Assembly (NCBI GenBank): GCA_964393825.1
Contig: CAYMUY010000022.1
Location: 4,074-68,073 of the forward strand
DNA from: an uncultured Thiobacillus sp.
GTDB lineage: Bacteria > Pseudomonadota > Gammaproteobacteria > Burkholderiales > Thiobacillaceae
Reading direction: 5' to 3'
Length of the DNA stretch: 64,000 nucleotides
Every line of letters begins with the position of its first letter. The stretch's first letter is position 1. The notes under the pieces are model-generated. The model was not told where the DNA came from. It worked only from the letters and a program-made list of their open reading frames with translations, and did not search any database. The translations under genes were made by a program, and so were the position numbers. Shown here piece after piece: positions 1-8,876 of the stretch.

Positions 1-1
1 G

Positions 2-970
2 CGCACCCCGGAGATCGGCAATCGTCTGCGCGCCCGGCTCGCGGACGCCCTGCAAGCCTGCCACCTGCGCGGCGAAGCCCACATTACGGCGCGGGAACTG
101 CGCTCGGCGCTGGCCTTCATCTTCTTTGGCGTGCACGACTGCGGCGAACTCCATGCCAACCCCGAGTTGATGCCGCCCCGCTACTGGGATCGCGCCTTCG
201 CCGCCGATGCGCCACAACGCCAGGGTGAACTACTCGCTGAACTCGCCCGGTTCGATCCGGCGCTGGACAGCAACCCGCTGCTGGATCGGCATCTGCTCAA
301 GGACACCCCTCACGGCCCCGACGACATCGTCACCGCGCTGGCATCCGCCCGCCGCCGCGCCTGGTTCGAATGGGACAACGCGCGTTATGCGGTGTTGCAA
401 CTTCCAACCGATGCCTTACCCCTGTTCGGCGGCCGCCACCTCGACCGATTCCGCCGCGTACCGCTGATGAGCGAAGACGAACGCGAAACCCTGTGCCGTG
501 AGCTTTGCCTGGGCATCGCCCGCCTGGAAGACCTGCCCGAGGCCGCTTTCGCCCGCGAGGCCGGACTGCCACTGCGCATCCAGCCGCGCACGCCCACCGA
601 AAGTGCCTTCTGGGTGGTGAAGCCCTGGGGGCGTTTCCGGGTGGAAGCGCCGCTGCCGCGCACCGCCGAAGGGCTGGAAGCCCTGCATACCCACCTGCTG
701 CTGATCTATCGCACGGTAGCCGGCGGAGAGGAACGCCTGCCCATCGGCCTGGAACTGTTTCACCTGCTGCTGGCTTTGAAAGACGGCGCCCAACTGGCCG
801 GCGCCGGCCAGGAAGGGGTGTTCGCCCACCTGGAAATCTTCACCCAGCGACTGGCCCAGGAAGATGCCCGCGAGCTGCACGGCTGGCACCCGGGCGATGA
901 AGCCAGCGTGTTCCGGGTGCGGGTCGAGGCGCGAGAGGGACGGCAGATATTGGTGCGGGAGGCGGCATGA
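2..970 (+). CDS. 3' part (323 codons) of a larger gene entering from upstream of the window. It is the first visible gene of a putative defence operon and is DptF-like by position only.
   Basis: The frame is open from nt 2 with no stop; track ORF 131..970 starts at an internal GTG. Stop TGA 968-970 overlaps the next ATG (ATGA). No nameable motif in the visible part. Coding is likely; the product call is weak. Confidence 0.5.
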   Translation, partial: RTPEIGNRLRARLADALQACHLRGEAHITARELRSALAFIFFGVHDCGELHANPELMPPRYWDRAFAADAPQRQGELLAELARFDPALDSNPLLDRHLLKDTPHGPDDIVTALASARRRAWFEWDNARYAVLQLPTDALPLFGGRHLDRFRRVPLMSEDERETLCRELCLGIARLEDLPEAAFAREAGLPLRIQPRTPTESAFWVVKPWGRFRVEAPLPRTAEGLEALHTHLLLIYRTVAGGEERLPIGLELFHLLLALKDGAQLAGAGQEGVFAHLEIFTQRLAQEDARELHGWHPGDEASVFRVRVEAREGRQILVREAA

Positions 971-2739
971 ATACGAAAACCATCGTCGAGAACGTCCTGA
1001 CCCCGGCGCGGGCCAAGGAGTTGTGGACGGCCAACTATTTCACCGCGCTGCCATTTACCCCGCAGCATTTTGAGGTCGGCAGCCTCTTGCCGGCCATGAT
1101 CTACATGGCGCGCTGGGGCCACCGGCGCGGCAAAGGGCATTTCATCGAGGCCTTCGGCCGCCCAGATGCACAGGGTCGGGTTCAGCCACCCCGGCTGGTC
1201 GATGTGGCCAATGGTTTGCTCAACCGCGCAGGCGCTGATTTCGCCGGTTTCGCGGACGACCACGGCCCGGCGATGCTGGCCGACCTGCTGCTCACCTATT
1301 GCCTGGAAAACAAGGAGCATGAACTGGGCCACGAGGTGGTGGTGCAACGAGTGTTCCCGACTCATTACTTCGCGAGCTGGCTGGACTTGCCGAAAAGTGT
1401 TGGTGACTTGCGCGGTGTCCCCGAGTTATTGACCGCACTGCTGGCCTGGCAGGACAAGGGCGGCACCTTGGCTCAGCGCGCGAGCCACAGCTTTCCGGTG
1501 GGCAGTGATTTTTCGGACAACCCCTTGCTGGCCTTGTTCGGCCGCCATGTGGAGATCGACGGCCCCGCCGCCAACCTCGCCTCAGATCGTTTCATGGAAC
1601 GAACCGCCGACGACCTGGGGGTGGACGAATTGCTGGCGGTGCGATTGGCACAGGTCTGTGGCCATGCACCGGGCCGGGCTGCCGGTGCGGCGGCGGACAT
1701 CCCCAACCGCTGGCCCATCGCCAAAAGCGCCGCAAAATACCTGCGTGGCGATCTATCAACCTTCATCGAAGTCTACGGCGCCACTCTGCCACGCCAGGCG
1801 TTTCTACCGATGCTGGAAGCGGGGATCGGCCTGGGCATGGTCAATGTGTTGTTCTCGACCACGGTTTGCCTGTCCGCATGGGAAAACACTGGCCGCGTTC
1901 CCGAGGAACAAGTGCCGATGCCCTTGTTCGTGGACTGCTCACATGGCCTCGATACCAAGCTGCGCAACGTCTCGGAAGCGGCGATGAGCGAGGCGCTCGC
2001 CCGTTATGAACGTCTGCCGGTGCTGATGATGCTGGCGCGGGTGTTGGATGACCGGGTCAGCCACCACCCCAAGTTGAAGAACGATCTGCCGCCTCGGCAG
2101 CCCGACGCGACCGGTTGGCTCAATCTGCTCGGAAAGATATACCGGGAACAGCACGCCCGGTCGGACTCCATCCTGGAACGTCTGGAAGAGGATTGCGGAA
2201 GCCTGGCGGATCAACTGGAAAAGGCGGAGGAGGCGCCGGAAGTGGTTCGGGCCCTATGCAACGAGCGGATCAATTCGGGATTGCGGATGGCTGAGGCACT
2301 GGTGGAACTAAGTGGTGTTGAGCAACAGGGGCGACAATTCATGAAAGCAATGGATAGCAGCCTCATGCCCAACCGCCCCAACGGCCTCGCCTTCAAACGC
2401 CGCGTCTCCCGCAGCGAAGCCGGCACCAAGAAGGCGATCGACCTGCGTTCCATCGTCCTCTCCCACGCCCTATTGGATTTCCTGGTGCACCGCCACCTGC
2501 GCCGCGACGGCGAAGGCAAGGCCGCGCGGCCGCTCACCCTGCGCAAGTTTCTCGACATTCTGCGCGACCACTACGGGCTGTATGTGGACCGTGAACCACC
2601 GGGTATGTCCGTTCCACAAGACCTGCTGCGCGCCAACAAGGCCTGGCTGGAACGCCGCTTGCGCGACCTGGGCCTGCTGGTGGGGGTGAACGATGCGGAG
2701 TCGATGAAGCAGTTGCGGGCGCGGTTTGTTGTAGCATGA
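967..2739 (+). CDS. 590-aa protein of unknown function, second gene of the putative defence operon (DptG-like by position only)
   Basis: Long ORF whose ATG 967 overlaps the upstream stop. Mostly helical-looking, with no P-loop seen. An HELGH string lies at nt 1318-1332 and may be chance. Coding is likely; the product call is weak. Confidence 0.5.
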   Translation: MNTKTIVENVLTPARAKELWTANYFTALPFTPQHFEVGSLLPAMIYMARWGHRRGKGHFIEAFGRPDAQGRVQPPRLVDVANGLLNRAGADFAGFADDHGPAMLADLLLTYCLENKEHELGHEVVVQRVFPTHYFASWLDLPKSVGDLRGVPELLTALLAWQDKGGTLAQRASHSFPVGSDFSDNPLLALFGRHVEIDGPAANLASDRFMERTADDLGVDELLAVRLAQVCGHAPGRAAGAAADIPNRWPIAKSAAKYLRGDLSTFIEVYGATLPRQAFLPMLEAGIGLGMVNVLFSTTVCLSAWENTGRVPEEQVPMPLFVDCSHGLDTKLRNVSEAAMSEALARYERLPVLMMLARVLDDRVSHHPKLKNDLPPRQPDATGWLNLLGKIYREQHARSDSILERLEEDCGSLADQLEKAEEAPEVVRALCNERINSGLRMAEALVELSGVEQQGRQFMKAMDSSLMPNRPNGLAFKRRVSRSEAGTKKAIDLRSIVLSHALLDFLVHRHLRRDGEGKAARPLTLRKFLDILRDHYGLYVDREPPGMSVPQDLLRANKAWLERRLRDLGLLVGVNDAESMKQLRARFVVA

Positions 2740-2772
2740 TTGGCTTCAATCGTATTTAAACAAGCTACATCC

Positions 2773-3381
2773 ATGCTCGCATCCCTCCTCTTCGGTGACT
2801 ACCGCCAGAAAGTGTTGGCTTTCCTGCTGTTGCATCCCGAACAGCACTACCACGTGCGCGAAATCGCCCGTCTGACCGGCACCTCCGCCGGCACCTTGCA
2901 CAAGGAACTGGCGCGGCTCGCCCAGGCGGGCGTGCTGATCCGTGAAGCGGTTGGCAATCAGGTGCGCTACGGCGCCAATCGGCAGTGCCCGATCTTTCCG
3001 GAACTGGCGGGAATACTGCGCAAGACGGCGGGGCTCGCGGATGTTTTGAAGGAAGCCTTGGCCGGTTTGCGCGAGCGTATTGCGCTAGCGCTGGTGTTCG
3101 GTTCGGTGGCGCGCGGCGAGGAAGGGCCGCGCAGCGATGTGGATGTCCTGCTGGTGGGCGAAATCGGTTTCGCCGAAGCGGTCACGGCACTGCATGAGGC
3201 GCAGGCGCGCATCGGCCGGGAGATCAACCCGGTGGTGCTGTCCCCCGCCGAGTTTCAGGAAAAAATAAACGCGGGCGATGCCTTCCTCGCCGAGGTGTTG
3301 CACAACGACAAACTGTATCTGATGGGAGACGAAGATGACCTTGGAAAACTTGCTGGCGATCCGGCGATTGGTGCGGCATGA
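2773..3381 (+). CDS. winged-HTH + minimal nucleotidyltransferase (MNT-type) fusion protein
   Basis: N-terminal ArsR/MarR-like wHTH (YHVREIARLTGTSAGTLHKELARLAQAGVL), then the NTase signature FGSVARGEEGPRSDVDVLLVG (nt 3097-3159). ATG 2773 is preferred over the track TTG 2740. Confidence 0.75.
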   Translation: MLASLLFGDYRQKVLAFLLLHPEQHYHVREIARLTGTSAGTLHKELARLAQAGVLIREAVGNQVRYGANRQCPIFPELAGILRKTAGLADVLKEALAGLRERIALALVFGSVARGEEGPRSDVDVLLVGEIGFAEAVTALHEAQARIGREINPVVLSPAEFQEKINAGDAFLAEVLHNDKLYLMGDEDDLGKLAGDPAIGAA

Positions 3382-3760
3382 GGCCGGGCGCGCCGCCATC
3401 CTGAAACTGCTGGCGGCGGCGGAACGCAATCTGGCCGACGCCAGGGTCACCACGATCAGCGCGGAAAACCGCTTCGACGCCGCTTACAAGGCCATCCTGC
3501 AATGCGCGATGGCCGCGCTCTGGGCCAAGGGCTATCGCACTTCCACCAGCGAGCCGGGCCACCACCAGACCGCCATCCAGACGTTGCCGCTGACCCTGGC
3601 GGTTGATAGTGCCACCGTCATCGTTCTCGACGCGCTGCGCAAACAGCGCAATCTCAACGACTACACCGGCGACGGGGTCAGCGAGGCGCTGCTCGCCGAG
3701 TGCGTCGCCCAGTCGGAAGCCTTGTTGCGCCATACCAGCGCCATCCTCGGAGTGTCCTGA
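3335..3760 (+). CDS. small all-helical HEPN-like partner of the nucleotidyltransferase
   Basis: 141 aa, with GGAG 6 nt upstream of ATG 3335. Overlaps the NTase gene by 47 nt, the usual MNT/HEPN pairing. A canonical Rx4-6H motif is not seen (RKQRNLNDY instead), so the family call is tentative. Confidence 0.5.
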   Translation: MTLENLLAIRRLVRHEAGRAAILKLLAAAERNLADARVTTISAENRFDAAYKAILQCAMAALWAKGYRTSTSEPGHHQTAIQTLPLTLAVDSATVIVLDALRKQRNLNDYTGDGVSEALLAECVAQSEALLRHTSAILGVS

Positions 3761-3761
3761 A

Positions 3762-6700
3762 ATGCCCATGACCGAAAACACCGCGACTATCCTGGCGCTT
3801 GCCTTGGGCGAATTGCTGGGCCCGTCCCTCTCCGGCAGCATGGCGTTCATCCGTTGCCTGCCGGGCGAAGTGGCGCGGGAACTGGCGCTGGACAGCCGCT
3901 TCTCGGTGCCGGGCTGGCGCATCGCCGTGGTCGGTCAGACGGTAGGTGAGACCGCGCGCGCCATTACCGCGGACCAGGCGGTGGAGTGGCGCGAGGACAA
4001 GGCGGAAGCGGTGCTCCTGCTCGTGGATACCGTTGAAGCCGGTGCCGGCATGGACGGCATTTACAGCGCTGCGAGAGAGATTTCCGAGGCGGAGCTTTTC
4101 GCCAAGGCCAAGGCGCTGGCGCGCGAGAAACTGGCGCATGGCGGCAAGGGCTTCGCCGACAAGGCCTTGTCCAAAGCGCGCCGGCTGGCGCGCAACAAGG
4201 CCTTGTCGCCCTGGCGCGAGTTCGCCTATCTCTGCCGTGCCGCATATACCGACAGCCTGGAAGGCCTCGGCGCGGCCTTGCCGGAAATCGGTCTGTGGCC
4301 TGTGGCGGTGGAGGACAAGCCGGATGACGGCGATCTGGAAAAATCCGCCCGGCTGGTGGAACGCCTGCTGGCGGGCAACCGGCAATCGGCTGAAACAAGG
4401 GTGGCGGGCCTGCAACTACCGGTGGCCGAGGCGGCCTTGGCCAATGAACTGGCTGGATTTCTGCGGGAGGCCGACAACCTTTCCCGTTTGGATGCGCTGG
4501 CGCGACTGGAAGAACGAGACACCCTGTGGCTGAACAAGGTGCATCCCGGCCTGTTCGATAGCCAGACCTTGCAGTCGATACGCTGGGTGAATTGGCGTGG
4601 CAAAAGCGGCAAACCCGCTGCTTGGTCGGGCATGACGGTGGATACCGATGACCGTCTTGTTTTCAAGCTGGCGTTGACCGACAACCCGCAGCAGCGGGTG
4701 CGTCTGGAAGTGCGCTGGGAGACGGACCCCGCGACGCTGGCGAAAGACGCGGTGGATTACACGGTGGAAATCCGCGCCGGTGGCGACGCGCTGGCGGAGA
4801 AGGCCATCAGCCATGTCGCGAAAGGGCCGCAGAAATGCGTGTTCACCCAGGAGGATTTCGGCGAACTGGAGGAAAGCGCGCGCTTCGAGGCGGAAGTGGT
4901 GATCCGCGCGTTGACGGCGGAATCGCTGCTGGAGAGCGATGACCGGGAAAGCCCGTTTCGCGCCTTGAGCGAGGATTTCATCCTCTGCTTCGGCGAGAGC
5001 GACAAGCCCGCGAAAACCAGCGCCGGCAGTGTCTACCCCACCCTGGCACTGGCCGTCATCCAGGTGGCGAAGGAGCGGGAGGACTTCGACCGGCTGGCCG
5101 ACAACCCTGGTGATAGACAAGCCTTCAGCCGGGACGCCAAGGGCTATATCGCCTGCCGCGTGGACGGCAAGGCTGCACGGGTGCTGTGCCCGAATCTGTT
5201 GCTGGAATTGGCGATGGATTGGGCTGTACACGGCGGCGAACCGGGCCGCTGGCGGCTCAAGGTGCGGGCGGACGGCACGCCCGACGGCAAGCCTGAGTTT
5301 GTTTCTGTGCCGCCGACCAGCGATGAGTCGGGTAGGCGCTTCGCCCAGGTTTCCAGGGACTTTTTCCGTTGGCTGGCCACTTCCAGCCAGGGCCCATTGG
5401 CTGTGCTCTACACCGAGCGCAAGGTCATCAACGATTATGTCAACGCCGCCACCGCCTGGTGGGACACCGCGCCCGCCCGCGCCACCCTGATCCATACCCT
5501 GGAAGTGGTGGGGGTGAGCGGCCAGCGCATCGGCCTCATCGTGTTGCCGACCCATCCCTTGCGGGTGGCCTGGCAACAGGGCTTCGACATGCTGGTCTGG
5601 CGACATTGCTACGAGGAAGGGGCGCCGCCAACCAAGGTGGCCAAGCTGCTCGGCACGCTGACCGGCGCGCATTACCCGGCCATGTTGCCCGGCTTCGAGC
5701 AGGGCGAGGCCTTCGTGTTCGCGGACAGCCTGGGCTTTCATACCGTGGCGATGACCGCGACCGATGACGCTGAACCCAAGGCCACCGTGGCCTTGCTCTC
5801 CCGCTTGCTGGCGGATGGCGATGCCAAGGGGGAGGAATTGATGGCGCCGTCCGTGGGCAAGAGCGCTTCAGAACTGCTGGGCGAGGAAGTTGCCCGCTAT
5901 CTGGTCTTGCACCCGGAAACCCGGCGCGTGCATGTGCATGCCTTGCGTCCCGGCGACGCCATGCCGGCCGTGCGTGCCTTGGGCTGCGCCTTGCGCGATG
6001 TGGAAGCGGCGGAGTTGGACGAGGAAGGCGAGGTTCGGGATGGCGATGCGAGAGACGCCAATGCCAAGCGCGCATTCGTGCTGGACCTTTACCCGGCGAA
6101 GGGCCGCAAGAGCATGGTGGGGCGCTTCCTGTCGGCTACCACCGAGCGTCAGCGCAGTGGCGCCGGGGTGGTGCCGGAGGAGGACCGTTGGCTCCTGGCA
6201 AGCGCTTCCCGCCCCGGTGGCGTCAGCCTGCCGCGTCTGGCCTGGGCGCGGCGCGAGCGTGAAACGCCGGCCACCCCGGCGCATCTAGCCCTGGCCTTCG
6301 ATATTTTTTCCACGCGCCTGGAGTGCGTACCCAAGGCCAGTGTCCCCGATGCGGCACTGGAAGTGCATGGATTGGCGCTGACGCCAGAGCGTTGCTTCGA
6401 GGCGGGGCCGCTGCCACGCTGGATATCGTCGATTCCGACCGCGCCGGAAGGCGAGAAGCATCCCGTCGGGCGCGGTTTTTCCGAGCGCCTGGTCAAGGCG
6501 CATTCCGCCCTGTTGCGCTGTGTCGCCAAGCGTATGGGGGCGGGTGAGAACGACTGGCCGGTGTTGATCACGGAAGTCTCGGCCGACCAGGGTGAAATGC
6601 TGGCGAGCCTGCATCGTCTGTGCGATTGGGTGGTGACGGTAGACCGCCATGCCGGCGTCGAGTATTTCGATTCCCCACGCGATCTGCCGAAACTGTATGA

Positions 6701-8741
6701 GGCCTATCTGATCGACTGCGTGCCGGAACGAGACGACCTGGGCTTTCTGCAACTTATCACCTCAACCAGTTCTCTGGACGAAATCGTGCGCTTGCTGGAT
6801 GCCGCGCTGGGAGAAATGGGTTTGTCGGCCAGCCCGCGCAACTGCACATTCCTGCTGGATGCGCTGAAGGCGGTGAGCGGCCGTCTCGCCTTGCGTCTGA
6901 CCCAGTCCGGCACGGTGGCGCAGGAGATGGTGGCGCTGGCGCTAACGCAAAGCCACTGCGCCACGGAAAGTGAAGCAGGCGCGCCCTGGCTTTCCCTGGC
7001 CGAGGGTTTTTTCGTGCCCCTCGACGATGTGCCGGAACTGTTCCGCGCGGTGGGCGAGAGCAAGGACAAGGATGCAAGCGGGCAACGCGCCGATTTGTTG
7101 TATGTGACGGCGGCTAAACGCGGTGGCTTGAAGTTCAGCTTCGTGGAAGTGAAATTCCGCCGTTACCTCAAGACCGCGCGGGCGCCGGACTTGCTGGACA
7201 TGGTTTCCAGCCAACTCGAAGCCTCCTGCCAACGCTGGGAAAAGCTGTTCGGGCCGGAGACCGCGCCATTGGAAAAAACCGTGCAGCGCGCCCGTCTGGC
7301 GCGGGTGCTGCGCTTCTACGCGCGCAAGGGGCTGCGCCACACGCTGACCGAGGAGGCGTTCAAGCTTATCGAGGAGCAATTGGAGAAATTGGCGCGAGGT
7401 GGGGCCAGTTATGCGTTGCCGACTTTGCTGGAACAGGAAAGGGCAAAAATCGGTTTTGTGTTCTGTCCGGAGTATGGCGGCGTGAAGCCGGTCGAAATCG
7501 GCGCGGACATCTGGCTGTTTGGGCCGGTACGATTGCCCGAGGCCAGACGCGGCGCGCTGGCCCCTCCCGCCTCCGTGCCCGCCGATGCGGGCGGGGCCGG
7601 CTCGCCGCCGCGCGCGGGTGAGAAAATCGCCGAGTCAAACCAGCCGGGGCTGGATCCGCACGCGCCGCCAGAAGCTTCAGGTGAAAGCGCGGACGGTGGG
7701 GCAGGTGCGGCATGTGCGGTCGAACTCCTTCTCGGTCATCGCGAGGGCAACGAGGAACCCGTGCATTGGCGGGTCAGCATCCAGGGTAACCCGCACTTGC
7801 TGATCGTCGGCCTGCCGGGCATGGGCAAAACCACTTGTCTGATCCAGTTGTGCCGGCAACTGATGGCGGCCGGCATCGCGCCCATTGTGTTTTCCTACCA
7901 CGAGGACATCGACGAGAAGCTGGGGGCGCTTTGGGGGGATGCGCTGCGCACCGTGAGTTATGCCGGCCTCGGCTTCAACCCGCTCCAGGTGGAGAGTGAA
8001 GCGCCTCTAGCCTACATGGACAACGTGACCTTGCTGCGCGACAACTTCGCGGCCATTTTTCCCGACCTGGGGGATGTGCAACTGGGGCGGCTGCGCGAGG
8101 CGATCAAACAGAGTTATGCAGACCGGGGCTGGTCGCTGGGCGCGCGAGGCGAAATTCCACCCTTCGCGGCGTTCTACGACTTGCTCAAGGCCGACCCGAA
8201 ACCGGACAAGGGGCTGATGACCCGGCTGGCGGAACTGGCGGATTACGGCCTGTTCGACGCCAACACCGGCGCGCCCAGCCTGCTCGATAGCGCCACGCCT
8301 ACCCTGGTGCAAATCCACAGTTCACAGAACGAAGTACTGCAACGAGCGTTTTCCACCTTCGTGCTGCACAACCTCTATCAGTCCATGTTCCGGCGCGGCA
8401 CGCAAAGCCGCATCACCCACGCCATCATCTTCGACGAGGCGCACCGCGCGGCCCGCTTGAAGCTGATTCCGACGATGGCCAAGGAATGCCGCAAGTACGG
8501 GCTTTCCTTCGTGGTGGCTTCGCAAGAGGCGAAGGATTTCGATTCATCCCTGTTCACTGCCGTGGCCAACTACCTGGCGCTGCGGGTGAATGAATCCGAC
8601 GCCAAGCTGATGGCGAAGATATTCGCGCCCTCGGACAAGGTGACGCTCTATGCGGACCGGATCAAGCAGTTGGCCAAGTTCAAGGCCTGGTTTTATTCGG
8701 AAGGGATGCGGGTGCCTGTTCCTGTGAAGCTAGGTAACTGA
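3762..8741 (+). CDS. giant 1659-aa multidomain protein with a C-terminal HerA/FtsK-type P-loop ATPase; DptH-like architecture
   Basis: ATG 3762 lies 2 nt after the HEPN-like stop, whereas the track start 3603 would overlap that gene. Walker A GLPGMGKT is at nt 7809-7832 and Walker B IIFDEAH at nt 8424-8444, with VVASQEAKDF downstream. A PD-(D/E)xK-like D...EVK lies at nt 7092-7154. A Pro/Ala/Gly-rich linker spans about nt 7540-7720. Confidence 0.6.
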   Translation: MPMTENTATILALALGELLGPSLSGSMAFIRCLPGEVARELALDSRFSVPGWRIAVVGQTVGETARAITADQAVEWREDKAEAVLLLVDTVEAGAGMDGIYSAAREISEAELFAKAKALAREKLAHGGKGFADKALSKARRLARNKALSPWREFAYLCRAAYTDSLEGLGAALPEIGLWPVAVEDKPDDGDLEKSARLVERLLAGNRQSAETRVAGLQLPVAEAALANELAGFLREADNLSRLDALARLEERDTLWLNKVHPGLFDSQTLQSIRWVNWRGKSGKPAAWSGMTVDTDDRLVFKLALTDNPQQRVRLEVRWETDPATLAKDAVDYTVEIRAGGDALAEKAISHVAKGPQKCVFTQEDFGELEESARFEAEVVIRALTAESLLESDDRESPFRALSEDFILCFGESDKPAKTSAGSVYPTLALAVIQVAKEREDFDRLADNPGDRQAFSRDAKGYIACRVDGKAARVLCPNLLLELAMDWAVHGGEPGRWRLKVRADGTPDGKPEFVSVPPTSDESGRRFAQVSRDFFRWLATSSQGPLAVLYTERKVINDYVNAATAWWDTAPARATLIHTLEVVGVSGQRIGLIVLPTHPLRVAWQQGFDMLVWRHCYEEGAPPTKVAKLLGTLTGAHYPAMLPGFEQGEAFVFADSLGFHTVAMTATDDAEPKATVALLSRLLADGDAKGEELMAPSVGKSASELLGEEVARYLVLHPETRRVHVHALRPGDAMPAVRALGCALRDVEAAELDEEGEVRDGDARDANAKRAFVLDLYPAKGRKSMVGRFLSATTERQRSGAGVVPEEDRWLLASASRPGGVSLPRLAWARRERETPATPAHLALAFDIFSTRLECVPKASVPDAALEVHGLALTPERCFEAGPLPRWISSIPTAPEGEKHPVGRGFSERLVKAHSALLRCVAKRMGAGENDWPVLITEVSADQGEMLASLHRLCDWVVTVDRHAGVEYFDSPRDLPKLYEAYLIDCVPERDDLGFLQLITSTSSLDEIVRLLDAALGEMGLSASPRNCTFLLDALKAVSGRLALRLTQSGTVAQEMVALALTQSHCATESEAGAPWLSLAEGFFVPLDDVPELFRAVGESKDKDASGQRADLLYVTAAKRGGLKFSFVEVKFRRYLKTARAPDLLDMVSSQLEASCQRWEKLFGPETAPLEKTVQRARLARVLRFYARKGLRHTLTEEAFKLIEEQLEKLARGGASYALPTLLEQERAKIGFVFCPEYGGVKPVEIGADIWLFGPVRLPEARRGALAPPASVPADAGGAGSPPRAGEKIAESNQPGLDPHAPPEASGESADGGAGAACAVELLLGHREGNEEPVHWRVSIQGNPHLLIVGLPGMGKTTCLIQLCRQLMAAGIAPIVFSYHEDIDEKLGALWGDALRTVSYAGLGFNPLQVESEAPLAYMDNVTLLRDNFAAIFPDLGDVQLGRLREAIKQSYADRGWSLGARGEIPPFAAFYDLLKADPKPDKGLMTRLAELADYGLFDANTGAPSLLDSATPTLVQIHSSQNEVLQRAFSTFVLHNLYQSMFRRGTQSRITHAIIFDEAHRAARLKLIPTMAKECRKYGLSFVVASQEAKDFDSSLFTAVANYLALRVNESDAKLMAKIFAPSDKVTLYADRIKQLAKFKAWFYSEGMRVPVPVKLGN

Positions 8742-8780
8742 AATGACCAGAGGATGAGTCCTCCTTCCATGTTCGTGGTG

Positions 8781-8800
8781 GTAGGCAGTTGCCTACTATT
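8781..8800 (+). terminator. short hairpin, possible terminator of the giant gene
   Basis: gtaggc-agtt-gcctac followed by tatt, 40 nt after stop 8741. The stem is only 6 bp and the U-tract is weak. Confidence 0.25.
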
Positions 8801-8842
8801 GCGAACTGCCAACCTTTCATTCCCTTCAAACTGTCCACAGTT

Positions 8843-8872
8843 CTGATCAGAGGTACAACCCGTAATGATCAG
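8843..8872 (-). terminator. hairpin just downstream of the metZ stop, possible terminator
   Basis: ctgatca (8843-8849) pairs with tgatcag (8866-8872) around a 16-nt loop. No clear U-tract. Confidence 0.25.
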
Positions 8873-8876
8873 CGGT

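Noticed and set aside
1318-1332. HELGH (HExxH) string in the 590-aa protein as a metalloprotease site
   Set aside because: A five-residue pattern is expected by chance in proteins of this size, and I see no downstream third-ligand motif. It is kept only as a note on the feature.
3603-3761. N-terminal extension of the giant ORF given in the track
   Set aside because: It would overlap the HEPN-like gene by 158 nt. ATG 3762, 1 nt after that gene's stop, gives a compact coupled arrangement.
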